The position numbers and the translations under genes were made by a program. From Podarcis tiliguerta (lineage: Eukaryota): a stretch of 64,000 nucleotides of DNA. The notes beneath the pieces were generated by a model, which made no database searches, was not told the origin of the DNA, and worked only from the letters and a program-made list of their open reading frames with translations. The stretch lies in the NCBI GenBank assembly GCA_965153285.1, contig OZ229114.1; one strand, given 5' to 3'. Positions 14,210 through 27,656 of the stretch are shown in pieces (within the stretch, counting starts at the first letter, position 1; the number at the start of each line of letters is the position of its first letter).

Positions 14210-14465
14210 CTGCTTATACCACTTAAAAAGTCCTGGCTTCCCCTCAAAGAATCCTGGGAACTGAAATTCATTAAGGATGCTTCAGAGACCCCTATTCCGC
14301 TCGCAGAGCTACAAGTCCAAAAGTTCCTTGGGATGAGGGATTGATTGATAAACCTCTTCGAGAATTATGGGTCTCTGATGGGAATAACAACTCTCAGTGC
14401 CCTTAACAAACTACAGCTGCCAGGATTCTTGGGATGGGGGAACCATGACCCTTAAGGTGATATAG
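14210..14465. mobile_element. Degenerate foldback MITE
   Basis: Imperfect inverted arms (AAGAATCCTGGGAACTG ... CAGCTGCCAGGATTCTT); a related copy lies at ~26505-26690. Confidence 0.55.
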
Positions 14466-14472
14466 GTATAGG

Positions 14473-14699
14473 GCAGAAGGTCTTAGGGTCAACCCCTGGC
14501 ATCTCCAGCCAGAACTAGGAAAGGCCGCTGCCTGAAATTCCAGGGAGCTGCTGGCAGTCAGTGTGAACAGTACTAAGCCAGGTGGACCTGCATTGCTGGG
14601 GTTGGTCTAGAAGACCTTTGGGGTCCCTTCCAGCTCTACAATTCAATGATTCTATGACCAGTGGGTCAGATTTGGCATAAGGCAGCTTCCTATGTTCCT
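14473..14699 (+). mobile_element. tRNA-derived squamate SINE interrupted by a short CR1 3' end (~14588-14657)
   Basis: Shares its body and the tail AAGGCAGCTTCCTATGTTCC with copies at 23833-24012, ~29990-30250, 45106-45271 and 55494-55645; the inserted piece ends in the CR1 tail ATGATTCTATGA. Confidence 0.7.
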
Positions 14700-14769
14700 T
14701 GAGCTCTTGGCATAATGGCTGCGCAGAAACAGCAATGCTCTAATCCCGATGCTATTTCTTTCCGTTCAG

Positions 14770-14868
14770 ATTAAAATCACCCACAAAAGCCAAGTGCCGA
14801 TGTTACTGGGACCTCCCCAAAAGAGCAGCTTCTTCTTCCTGAGGAGGAGGAACCGAACTCGAGACTAA
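14770..14868 (+). CDS. DGKG: DGKG last coding exon with stop codon
   Basis: ttcag|ATT...GAC TAA; IKITHKSQVPMLLGPPQKSSFFFLRRRNRTRD*. The GPPQKSSFF tail and polybasic end fit DGKG rather than DGKB, and the ETV5 neighbour supports DGKG. Confidence 0.95.
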   Translation: MKITHKSQVPMLLGPPQKSSFFFLRRRNRTRD

Positions 14869-15820
14869 TCTGCAACCAAGCAAAAGAACAATCTTCCGAA
14901 ACAGCAGTTCTCCATTCCAGGGGCAGTCGACCGCACAGGGGGAAAGCCTATGGAAAGAAACCTTCATCTCTTCAGATCTCCTGGCTTCTGAATCTGCTTC
15001 GGAAACATCAGTCTGGAGGCAGCATTATGAACTCTTAGTGGAAAATAACAGGGTTGGCATTCGGCAGCCGAACTGAAATAGCGGTGTGGGTTTGTATATA
15101 CATGCACACATAGCCACATTCTCTAAATATCACTGGCAGGGATAACACTAACATTGATGGTTCAGGGGGATTTTTCTCCTCCACAGCGCCACAGTCTAAG
15201 GAGGAGAAACTCTCAGAACTGCTCTGGTTGGACTGTGGCGAGAGTTGGGACTGTTCTGAGGAGAGCTGTTCTAGGCGGCCATGAATTGCACAGCCCTGTC
15301 TGAAAGCAAACAAACAGACATGGAAAACGGCATGTCTGACGTAGCCCTGCAGATGGGATGTGGGATCTTTTCCATTTATTCGGACTCTTTAGAACCCCAG
15401 AAGCTGCTGTTAAAACACCAAACTTGGCAAAGAAACCGAGCTTCACTTATTTATTTATTTTAAAAGTATGTCAGAAGACTTTTGGCATCTCGCTGTGCTG
15501 CCCTCTTGGGTCACCAAATCCTACACATGATAAGAAATGTTCCTTATTTATTTTTTCCTTAGCTTGGGGGGGTGGGGAAACACTGGGGGAAGTAAGAAGG
15601 GAAAGGAGGAGGGCACATTATTATCCACCACCACCCCCAAACTCTTACAACAGCAGTGTCTTTTGCTAGCTTGGTTCTAATTTTATTTTATTTTTTTAAG
15701 CAGAAGCTGGTTAGGCGTTCCATTTCAGAGGCTTATGAATGCAGAAAGCAGAGATTGCCAAGTGAGGAAACCAGAAAGAGTGAAGTTGACAATAAAAGAG
15801 GCAGGAGCCTTTTTTGGCAG
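14869..15820 (+). other. DGKG: DGKG proximal 3'UTR (true end uncertain)
   Basis: Follows the stop codon. Pumilio-type TGTATATA at 15093-15100, AU-rich TTATTTATTTATTT at 15447-15460, first AATAAA at 15791-15796. Further AATAAA at 18034, 18557 and 24558. Confidence 0.55.
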
Positions 15821-18800
15821 TAGAAAGCAAACTCAGGGTACTTTAAATGTATGAATAACAAGCCAGTTTGGTCTATGATGACGATGACAACCTCACCAAC
15901 TTGGGGGGATCCTTTCAGTTTAGATGTAGGCCACGCTTCTCTCTGTTAATATTTTTGCGTTCTCCTTTCAGTTCTGGACGCTTTTCTTTTCTTCAGTCTG
16001 ACCACATCTGACACATGTGAACATGTTTTTAAGTTTTCTCTGGCAGCCCTGATTGAGAGCTCTGCCAGAACTCACTCTCGTCATGGGACTGACTTTAGTC
16101 CAGTGGCAAGAATTGCAAATCAAGTGCTGGATGTGTTACAACGGCCTAAAGATGTGGCAAGGATTGAACCCCAAAACCAAGAGCCAACTCCATGGCTGGC
16201 ATTTGAATGTCATTAAAGGCCAGCTTGGTCCCATGATGAAATGTAAGCATACACAGAGGTCATCCTAAAGAGCTAATATTCCCCCCACCACCATGTATTT
16301 GTTCCTGTAACAGAGCAGCACAGAAGAGAACTCTGAAAAACTCACAAAGAGGAGAGATTAAAATGGCTCTATGTTTCAATATGAATTGAATACCCAGGTT
16401 AGCTGCTATTCTTCCATGCTCTAACTCTTTTAACTGCATAGACTGTGAGTCAAATTTTGATTTGTCCAAAAGCTAAACTTGGCAGCCAAGCCACGTTGGG
16501 TTTGCATCCACCAGTAGCCCACATGCCACCTTGGTGCAATTCCTATTTTTTCTTCAAGAGAGGAATCCACGAACAGCTTGAATAGCCTGTAACATAACTC
16601 CTCTTCAAAGCAGACCAGTCATTGGCAAATGGGCCTATGAAAGATTGTTTTTATTACATCATCAAAGGAAAAGAGTCTGAGCCAGACGATGTTCTTAATG
16701 TAACCTTCTTCTGTGTGAGATAGCCTTGCAGGATTTTGTTTGGGTGGCTCTTTGCCCTGGTTTGAAGCCGCTCAGGGTCAGCAAGCGTGTCTCATTCACA
16801 TTTAACCGCAGAAGAATAAGGAAGTGTTAACTGACTCTCCTTGTTGGCTGACAGGACCACGTGGAAGGCTCGCCTCTACATATCTGAAAGAAAGGAATGC
16901 AATCTTTGATTTATTCTTTGAAAGTGGAAAAAGCTGGTGGCACAATTCCAACTATTATGCCTATTTATTTTACTGCTTAAATAATGAGGAAGGGTGTTCT
17001 CAGCTAATGTAATTCTTTCTAGATGAAGTCACTTGGCTTCACCTAGAACAAACCCTGCCTAACACTCTCAATAAGCTAGGAAATCTGGTGGAGACCTTGA
17101 CAACATGACTGTATTTTCATAGATAACTGTGTTGCCGTCACGAACCCCACAGTGTTACATTTGGGACCCATTCAGATGATAGCATTTATCTGAGCAAGAA
17201 GCAAAAGGCAGAACAAACTGTGGTGGCTGTGCAGATTTGTTCTTACAGCTGGAAATTGAGGAATCTCCCCAAAGAGGGATATTTTGGCTTTGTGGTCTCA
17301 GGAATGATTAAGCCCTATTTACTGCGTTACCTCTTTAGGGCTGCATCACAGCTGCTTCCACAGAGGGACCATTTACACTCAACAAGTCTCCATGTGCTGC
17401 TTATTTCTGTGGGGCAGAAGATACCCCATTGGCTGCCAGCTACATTATCCTACCTGCTTCCCTTTCTCCCTTCCCAAAGCTCCATTTCCTTCATGCTCAA
17501 CTCACCTGTCTCTGAACGTTTTTGCATCACAATATCATTGTCTCTTTTCTTTTCTGCATTCTGCTTTTCAGGGTTTTTGGTTCAATGCTGCAAATATAGC
17601 TTGTTCTCTCTTTTCTCAAATATAATTATCTTCTGCCATTGAATTGATATTTGGCTTGGTTTGGTTTGGGTTTAATTGACTGTACAGCAAAGAACAAAGG
17701 AAAATAATTTACCCAGAAGCCAGCAACTAGAAGCTCAGGATTCTTGAGTTGCCAAGGAGAAAAACAACACAGCACAAATTCTGTCCCCCTTGGGGATTTC
17801 CATGCAGTTGCAACCAGATCTTAGCCCACTTTATCAATCTGGTGCAAAAGTAAAGGAGAGGCAAGTGTTAAGCACTAGGCATTTCTGTCTCCCCCAATCT
17901 GGTACCTTCCAGATACTCTGGACTGTAACTGGCCATTGTCCTGACCATCATCCCTGACCATTGTCCATGCTAAGCTATAGTCCAAAATACATGGAGAGCA
18001 CCAGCTTGGGGAAGACTGAAGTAGATTCTTAACAATAAAGGTAGTAAGATACTAACCGAGAAAACTAAATGCAATGGGCCAGGATTCAGTACATTGAAAA
18101 TATTAGTTTCTCCCTCTCTGAAATATGAGGACACGCCTATGCCTCAAATTTAAGCTGGGTTGCTGATGAGTCCCTTCCTCAGGGAACTCTCATTCTATGA
18201 AGAGGACCAGTAGCAGAATTCTCAGGCCCCTAACAAAAGCTATTATTCTTATCATTTGTTTGGGGAAGTTATAACAATTAAACTGGCATAAAGCACAACT
18301 ATGAAACTGGTGTAGACATGCTGTGGGTGATTTGATTCAGGACTAGCAAGCTGGCTTATTGAGGAACTCAATATCTTGTTTTTTATAGGACTGTTCAACA
18401 GATAAAATTGCACTGGTTTAATTATAACTAAATCCACCTTCTGACAAGAATTACTGGTATCTGGATTTGAAATAATTCTGGAAAACCATCAGTGGCTCAA
18501 TTGTTAAAATGGAGCAGGAAAACAATCGCAGAAGGAAGGAGTCTATATAAACAGTAAATAAATGTTCCCAAAAAAAATCTTTAACCAGACAGGCAGTGTA
18601 GAAGTAGCTGAGATTTGCGCAGAAAAGAAATCACGTGCTCAGAATGAGTTATGGGCAACCAAAGGCATATTAAAAATGAACAAATTCTCATAAGGAAAGC
18701 AGCTGGGCTAAATTCATATCTTTAAATCAGATATTAACAAAGGTTGGTGGAGATTAGGTAAGAATAGGAAATAGATTCTCTTCCAGACTAGCAAAATGAG

Positions 18801-20466
18801 ATTCTGAGGGTCCTGGAGAAAATGACAATTGAATGGTTCAGGGGACAAGAATACCTAATTGTATTTGCCAGATTTCATGCCTAAGTACTCACTAACACTT
18901 ACCAGTTGTTCAGCTTTAAACAACTGACTGATTGCCACAATTATTATGGGCCAAATAGTGCTTTGCTGTCAGGTGTGACTGAGGCTTTGCTACATTTCTG
19001 AAATGTCAAAGCATCACAGAGATGCTTGGTGATTAAGAAGGAAGTAGGAAAGTGCTGTACTTTCAGGGGGGGAATAGCAAAGTTAGCTCCAATGGCATGG
19101 GAAGACAGCAACCTTGCTGAAGCTAATACATCTAATTTTAGATGCCTTTAGAAAATATAACAATGAGCTGGGTTGCATGTAATGTAACCCTAAGTCAAAC
19201 CATGGCTTAGCTTGAACACAGAAGCATGAGGGCTCCTGGTGAGGAGATCACAGCAGCTCCACTCATGATCCTCCTGCTGCTGAGCTAAGCCATAGTTTGG
19301 CTGAGACTGTCCTTTGAACCCCAGGCTCATGGCTTGTCTCCTCCAGACAAACCACAAACTGTAAACACAAGAACAACATTGAGTTGCCCCTCATGTTTAG
19401 TCTGGAGTGACACCAACCACAAACCTGGGATTGGATGAAACTAAGCCAAACCATAGCTAAGCTCATGGCAGTACAGAAGGAGGAGTTGCAAAGGCACCAC
19501 CGTCTCCTCTCTGGGAACTTGCACATTCACACTAAGCCACTGTTGACCGTTTCACTGAATATTAATCAGGGCAGCCAAAATCAAAGTAGCATTTTTAGTG
19601 TTTCTCATTCAGTAACAAAAATAATAACAACATAATCTAAAAACCACAATGCACCAGCCAGGCTAGACATCACCTCTTATTTGATACCCTAATACAAATA
19701 AATTTTAAAAGGATATCCTGGATATCACTGGAAACATTCTGGAGAACAGCCAACAAGAGGCATGAAATGACACGCTGCCTGATGTTTACTTGGAAGTTAA
19801 GTCCTACTGGAATCAATGAGACTTACTCCCACCTAAACATACACAGGATGCAGATGACATCCCAATCCTAAATCTGGTGCACTTAATGTGAAAATGAACA
19901 TTTATGATCAGGCTGCTCTGGGACAGTAGGCAAGCCAAGAAAAAGATTTAGATGGCTAAAAAATAATAATATTGTCCAATTCCTATAGAGTTAGAGAAAG
20001 GTTGCTGAGATGGCTTATAAAAAGAGGTTAAGAAACAATGCATTGTTTGCCCTCCAAAAATCCACCCTCCCGTACAGGGAGAGAAAAATAGCCAGAGGGC
20101 AGACATTGAATGAAGGAGAGATACTTAAACAGCAGAAGTGGTTGCAGAGCATCAGAGCAGCTTTAAAACCCAAATGATCTGGCCACACTCAAGAATCCCA
20201 TAATTTAAAATAATCCTTGCCTTCCACCCAGTGCCAAGTATAACTTGGCAAATTGAAGGCTTTAACTTGCTCTTTTATTAGTACACAGCTCTAGAGGCAT
20301 CTCAACAGTAAGCTACAGACATTTGCACAAATGAACAAAACATGAACTAGCAAAACCTTGCAGCAGTATATTTATGTGGGATAGCAGCTAGGCTTTGGCA
20401 ATCAGAACAATCTGCAATAGTGTCATTTTCTGTCATCCCCCCCCCAAAGCGTATTAGTGGATAGAG

Positions 20467-20716
20467 CTGGGGGCAGCAACCTTTTTCAGCCATGAGCCGG
20501 TCCACCGTCCCTCAGACCATGTGGTGGGCCTGACTATATTTTGGGGGGAAATATGAACAAATTCCTATGCCCCACAAATAACCCAGAGATGCATTTTAAA
20601 TAAGAGCACACATTCCACTCATGTAAAAACATGCTGATTCCCGGACCATCCGCGGGCCAGATTGAGAAGGCGATTGGGCCACATCCGGCCCACAGGCCTT
20701 AGGTTGCTTACCCCTG
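20467..20716 (-). mobile_element. hAT MITE, family A copy 2
   Basis: Reverse complement of the 7415-7656 element; perfect TSD GGATAGAG (20459-20466, 20717-20724). Confidence 0.9.
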
Positions 20717-21089
20717 GGATAGAGCAATGTTGGTGAGCAAAACATTCTGCAGTGTCCGCTCATCCCCTCTGCAGCCCCAAGAAACAGGTTGCTGCTCATC
20801 TTTTTTATAGAAAGGAAGCTGAAGATGAAAGATAAGACAAGCCTGGGGACCCACAGCTTCCAGTGTGCACCCCGCAAAGCTCAAAGGACTTGCTCCATGG
20901 TGACACCCCAGTTTTTGAATGCCTTCCCTAAAGAGGTATACCTGGTGCCTACTTTACAATCCTTCTGGTACTAGGTTAAGGCTACAGCCCTAACCCCACT
21001 TACATGGTAGTAAGCCTCACTGAATCCAATGAGGGACTTATTTCTGTTCTGAGTAAACATGGTGAGGATTGCAGCCTAAAATAATCCCT

Positions 21090-21372
21090 AGGAAGGTTTC
21101 CTTCATTGGAGGTATTTAAGCAGAGGTTGGATTGTCACCTGTCACTGATGCTTTAGTTGAGATTCCCGCATTGCAGGGGGTTGGACTAGATCATTGTTTC
21201 CCAACCTTGGGTCTCCAGCTGTTTTTCTGACTACAATTCCCATCATTCCTGACCACTGGCCTTGCTAGCTAGGGATGACGGGAGTTGTAGTCCAAAAACA
21301 GCTGTTGACCCAAGTTTGGGAAACACTGGACTAGATGACCCTCGAGGGCCCTTTGAATTCTACAATTCTATG
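21090..21372 (+). mobile_element. CR1 3' end carrying a palindromic hAT MITE (21192-21328)
   Basis: CR1 3'UTR GGGGTTGGACTAGATGACC...ATTCTATG is split by a 137-bp foldback element with a perfect TSD GACTAGAT (21184-21191, 21329-21336). Confidence 0.85.
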
Positions 21373-23832
21373 CTTTTTATTTACCCAGGCATGTAATGTG
21401 TTTTGCATTATTTAACTGCTGGCATTTTCTATGGCTGCTATCGTTGGTGTTTTACTGTATCGCATTAGATATTAATTAATTCGTTATCTGTTGTATACCA
21501 CTGTGGACTCCGTTTTGAAGAAGGGTTATATAGAAATGCTTTGAAATAAATAAAATATGCCTTTAAATCTCCCAGCGTGGCAAGAGACATCCTGCCTGTT
21601 CTCTTGCCAACTCTCTCATCTGCTCCTCCCCTTCTTTCTGTGAGGCATACCTGGCGCTCTGATCAATTACAGGAAGCAGGGGAGAGGGTGGATGAAAGAG
21701 CTAGGAGGGAACAGGCAGGAGGAGCCATAGCTGGTTTACCTCCTCCTGCAGCACTTGGAAGTTGAAAGGGGGTTGAATATTCCACACTCCCAATCTGGCA
21801 GCCCCACCTGCCTCATATAGAACCATTTGATTTTCTTTTCCCTGTGCTTAGATCTAAGTCAGATATGGGGAATGTGTGACCCACCAGCCCTTGGAGTCCA
21901 GCTGCTGTCAGCTCCAGCCAGCATGGCCATGGCCGGGGACTTGAAGGGACTTGCAGTTCAGCAAGACCCCTAAGCAGGCACGTGCCACATTCATAAGCTG
22001 GTCTTTCACTTATTTTTTGCCTCACAAAGGCAAATTTAGTATATGGAATCATCATTTATGAGCTCATTAGCATGAGAGAGCTTGGGACAAGGTTTTTTTC
22101 TTCCTTTTCCATTTCGTTCTTTCTCCATTTACTAGAACTGTTAATCGTTGGAAATTCTGGCTCGTATCAGAATGGCAACTCTTTGCACAACAGCTCTGCT
22201 CCTTGTGTGGCTGTATGCTTACTGTGGTTTGTTCCTGAACTGCAATCTCTTTTTCAGGGCGAGGTTATGCCTTTTAGGCAGAAATGGGTCTGGTCGAGTG
22301 GTTTCCATCACTGCATCTCTATGCTGCAAAGCAGTGCGCCCCTTAGACTTCTGCCCCTCTCCTGCAGGAGGCAACAACCTGCCCTGTTCACTCTGCAGGC
22401 CTGAGGGAGCCGAGGCAGAAGCAGCAGGAGCCCAGTTTGGCTTTTGCATTGTCAAGAGAGCAACTGATGTGAATTCCAGCTGTGGGGTTTTTATTCCAGG
22501 TGATGACTCATTAGCCCAGCTTGATCTCCAGCCCAGGCAGAGTATACAGGCTGACAGCCAGACAAAGCAGCGTTTATTTGTGAATGTCGCAAATGCCTTC
22601 TGCATACAGCCAGTGCCCAATTCACAGAGAGCTCCTCTAGGGCCATTGGGGGGGGGCGTGTTGCTGTGCTGGCTTCTCCAGTGACATTAGCAGCTTGCTT
22701 TATTTTGTGCGGCAGGCAATTTGTGGACTTAGCGCTTTGCAGAAAAGCAGGCCAAACTCTCTGCTCACTGGGGTAAGGTGCTGTTTACTCTCCTGCATTT
22801 ACATCAGTGTAGAACTTTGGCCAAGGAATCTGGGGGTCTGCAGCTGGAACCTTTTGCATAAAGTAAAGGCAATTTCAGTAAGAAACCGTGTGATACTCCA
22901 GTATCTGCACCGTGTCTGTTTCTTGCTTATTTCTCTTTCTGTCACTCTGCACATTCAACTTTTTTTCTCCTCCCATTCTCAGTCTGCACATCTACCATAG
23001 TTTCCTCTCCCATCCCTGATCTTTCTGCCCCTCAGTGCTCCGAAGTGTATTTTGGGATATTGCCTAGAAGATAGATTCTGGGGGAATGTAGCTTGCTGAA
23101 AAGCCATCCAGGATGAAACTTTGAGTCAAATTATTTGCTGTTCTCTGCTTCTCCATGTCGTGAAGGACTGTGCCAGAGCTTCCGATCTCTTGTCAGTTTA
23201 GTGGGCTGCTTCCTTAGGCCTGGTCATCCTCTTGCAAAATACCAGCAATGTGCTCCGTAGACCAGCTGGGCAAGAATGCTAAACAGTGCCACCTCCACCA
23301 CTGCACGAAATGGCTCGATGCACCACTTTGGCGCCTAAGGAATCGCTGCCCAGTTAAAACAATTCCACTCCAAGGAAATGCAGTCCATTCATATGGCGGT
23401 GCTAGAAGCCGGCTCACAATCCACATTCATCACATAATGACCGTTGATGAAACCGATATTTGCATATATGAATGAAACATGAGCCTTTACCAATTAATCC
23501 CTGCAGCGAGAACATTTGCACCATCCAGTTCCACCTCAACTGCAACATTTCCAGGTGGAGACATTTCACACGTTCAGCTGAATCACCAGGTGTTGGGTAA
23601 TCCAGTTCTGAGAAACTGAATTATATGTGTGCATGCCTGAAACAATCCAACATATATAAAGTACAGAAGCAGTTCCTCTGGTTTTTGGTGGGGTTTTCTT
23701 TTTGGTGGAGTGCTGTTAGTGTCATTCATGGGATTGCTTAATTCCTAGGGGTCCATCCCACTGCTAAGCACCCACCACCTACAATGCTTTTATTCAGGAA
23801 TCATGGCCTTACTGTTGAAATCCATGCTGACA

Positions 23833-24012
23833 AGGAATGTAGGAAACTGCTTTTATCAAGTCAGACTATTGGTTCATCCACCTGAGTACTGCCTGCACTG
23901 GCAGGCAGCAGCCCTCCAGGGTTTCCCAACCCTGCCTGGAGACGCTGGGGATTGAACCTGGGACATTCTGCATGCAAAGCATGGGCTCTACCATTGAGCT
24001 ACAGCCCATCCC
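23833..24012 (-). mobile_element. tRNA-derived SINE
   Basis: The reverse complement has a tRNA-like head (GGGCTGTAGCTCAATGGTAGAG...GGTTCAATCCCC, A/B boxes) and the same tail as the 14473 copy. Confidence 0.8.
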
Positions 24013-27000
24013 TCAATGACACGACCATCCTTGCTCCTGCCACTCTCACTATCTGGTGGATGAAGTTGCTCTGTCCCAGTTCGGTTCATGCTCATAAACC
24101 TTCTGAGGAAACAACACAGCAGTCCCGCGATATAAATTCAGCGTATGACGACACCAAACCACAAGCAAAACTCCCGATTGAAAACTTGGTATGCACAACG
24201 TTTGCCTCTGTTGCAGAAGCTACCAGACTAAACTGCACTTCACTAGCATCTCACTAACCAATCTTCGGGGACTCTCAGTGCAGCCAGAGAGAGGACCAGG
24301 TACGTAATGGGGCAAAATGGGCATCTCTCCATTTAGGCTGTAATCAATGCACACCTCCCGCCTAGTGTATTGTGTGAATACAGGCAGCTAGAGTTAATCC
24401 TGTTCCTCACCATGAAATGTACTGTATATCCTCCTGAGCATGGACTGCTCTTCCTCCTTCCCCATGGATATCGATGTAGTTCCCTGCATGGAATTGTGTG
24501 AATTCGTAATGTAGCTCATGTTTATATGTAAATCCTAACCGATGTGGTTTTACATCAAATAAAATGACAATGAAGTTAATGGCTACTTCTGGAGCAACTT
24601 TTGATTGAGAGCACCAGCTGGGGTATCACCGACTGCACTTTTCCAGGCACAATAGCGTGACAGTGCTGCTGTCTCTTGTGCCGGAAAATAAGCATCCTGT
24701 GTCCGGATTGCAGTAGTTCTCCAAGAAACTTTCTGATTGTTCCATGTTCAAGGGCAAGACAATTGCAACGAGTAGAAAGGAGGACCTAAAAAAGCAAGGG
24801 CACCTTCTGCAAAACAGGCCATAGCTAGCCCAGGTGCCGGAAAACAACAGCATCAAAACAAACGGTGATGACAAAACAGAGGAGAACCCCAGTCGTAGGC
24901 ACAGAGTAGGATGGTGGTGATCCCATTGTTCTCTATGCAAGAGAAAGAATAAAAATGACACTTGACCTGCTCAACCACATTTACAGTTGCCCATCATTCA
25001 AGTAGCCATTGGTTACAAGTCATTAGGGGACCAATGGCAACCTCAGTCTCTCTGTCTTCTGGTGTTGGTGTAGCACATATGCACCACTTTATTGGCATAA
25101 TTGTAATACAACCCAGCCACAGCAGAGTCCTTGGCTCCAGGCTATCATTACATTGTCTGTCTTGGGAAAGCGCTCATCATAACAACCCATTGCCACAATC
25201 AAGCCCGTAATACCAGCTGCAGTCAACAGCAACGTCAGTCCAAACCAAAATGAAATCTGAGGCTCCTCTCGCAGGCAATTGGCAAAATACACTCTAACCA
25301 AGGTTCTGGGAGTTCCTTCACTTTTAGCTGGTATGTTCTTGAAGACCACATGTTGGATCTACCAGGTCATTCATTCACAGTTTATTGGAACATAGTCAGA
25401 CCACTGGTCTATCTAACTATGTATTGCCCACTTGTCATTCATGACCATTGACCATGGTGGCTGATGGGGAATCCAATAACATCTGGAGGGTACTGCATTG
25501 GCTTCCCCTGGATATGCCAACCTGAACAGAGCTGTGAGCTCTTGCTTCTAGCCCTGACAGCTAAGGGAGACTTTAGATCACCTGCCTTCCTTGAAACTGG
25601 GTGAAGGGCATTGGACTGTCATTTGTCCCGTAAATAACAAATTCTGGATAGGAAGCATTTTGCCCTTGAGCTCCCATGACTTCTACACGTACCTGGCCCA
25701 TCTCCAGCAATGACAAAGTCATGAAACAATTGTTGGGATGCTGTAGAAGCAGGGGACTTCCAATCATTTCATCCTCTTCGTGTTTTGGAAGTCCAACAGA
25801 AAAGCAAGCCCAGTTGTAGCAGTGACGGAACATTTCCATTCATTTTTTTAAAAGGAACATTTAATTTTAAAATAAAAAGACTGATTTATGTCATTGTAGC
25901 CGGTATAAATCAAAGCTCCTGGTTTAAAAATAATCAGTTTCTTTCCCCTCCCCGTCACCCTCCACCCCAGGAGAACAAAAATAAAAGGCAGCAGCAGGCA
26001 AGCTCACGTGTCTCTAAAACCAAAGAAAAAACTCCATGTGAAAGGTATTGTGTTAAATTTAGAGCCTATGGTTGTTGGGTGTGTTTTTTTAGAATGGGTT
26101 ATATTTAGTCAAATTTATTCTACCCTCTCTCCAGCAGAGCTTCAGTGGGAAAGTATAATGTAGAAGGCAAAGGATGACTTCAAACAGTTTCTTCCATCAA
26201 ACCAGCTAATAAAACAGGCTTTGTCGAGGCTGCAGAACCATCATTCCATGGGTCCACCACTTAGCCTTAGAAATAATTTTATACCCTAAAAATTGCACAG
26301 ACTGGACATAATTTTAGAGGCCCAGCCTGAATTATATCCTCCTGGGCACTTGCCAGAACAGATGGGTCCAAAGCTTCCCCCCCACAAAAAACCCCCAAAC
26401 CCATTGGAACTGTTCAAGCTGTCACTGTGAGCTGCCATAGCATATGCACATGTGCTAAGGAGGCCCAGAGGTCAGTTGCATGCATGGCCCATGAATGTAT
26501 TAACAGACCTACATGTGTTCAATACACATGACTCCCCCCCCCCCCCCGAATTCTGGGGACTGTAGTTTGTTAATGGTGCTGGAAATAGTAGCTTTGTTAG
26601 GGGGAGACTATAGTTCCCAGGGTTTTTTGGAGGGAGTCATATGCTTTAAATGTGCACTGAATATGTTTCAAATGTATATAATGTGGATCTGGAGTTATGG
26701 AGGTGGATATTGTTCCTGCATATTCACACACCCATAACAACACCTTGCAAAGAATACTGCCCATTTAAGCCACAATAAATCTTCCCAAGAGTTACTTAAG
26801 AAAGTCCTGAAAGGAAGGCAGAAAAGAAGAAGCTCAGGCCAGGGAGTTCATAACCATCACTTCCTGAAGGTGGCCTCAGAGAAAGATTGGGCCTTCCTGA
26901 CACAGGGATGGACAAATCCATCTCTGTTTGATCTGCGTTATTTTTGTGTTTGATTATTCAGAAATCTGTTCTGTCCCATTCCTGTACATTTGTTTACGGA

Positions 27001-27656
27001 AAGCATATGCTGTGATGTGCATTTTTGGCACGTCTCCTGAACATATCACAAAATTTGGAGAAGTGCAAAATCAGAAAGATAATCACGTTCTGATCTGTGT
27101 GTTAATCCCAGAGATATGAATAAGGTCGGTTCACTTAAAACACAGACCAAATTATTATTTTCTTCAATTATATCCTGGGGCTACTTAAGAAAGACTTGTG
27201 TGCCTTGAGAGAAGGCCGACAAGAAGAAGTACAGGCCAGGGAGTTTGTCATTGGCTTCTGAAATCAGTGTGACATAACACAGTCCTGTATGTTGAGCCAT
27301 TTGTTTGTTTTTATATTTTTAAACTGCAAACTCCCTTGGCAAAGAAGCGGTATATAAGTACAATGAATGAATGAATGAATGAATATATATCTCTCATGTG
27401 ATTCTATGTTAGTTCTCCAATTTTGCCATGATGCCTACAGACAGCATAAAGTACAAGTAGCCAATGCAGTGCCCTAAATATGCTGAGGGACTCCAACTCC
27501 CATCAGCATGGCCAATGGTCAGGGAGAATGAGAACTGGAGTCTAATGACATCTGGCTTTCCATGGTTCCTTCCAAAAGATGCCAGGGCTCTGTTGCTATC
27601 AGCATACAAAACTCCCCTGTCACCCCACCAAAATGTGGGATATCTACAATGCAGTC

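Noticed and set aside
4388-14868. Assignment as DGKB (with ETV1 downstream)
   Set aside because: The C-terminal residues ([26 protein letters not shown]) fit DGKG, and the downstream gene has ETV5-specific sequence ([27 protein letters not shown]).
22148-22684. 178-aa ORF with overlapping ORFs on both strands
   Set aside because: Non-ATG start, no recognisable homology or exon structure; better treated as a candidate non-coding element.
23940-24012. tRNA gene
   Set aside because: The tRNA-like head runs into a SINE body and tail repeated elsewhere in the window; the same applies at ~55494 and ~63400.
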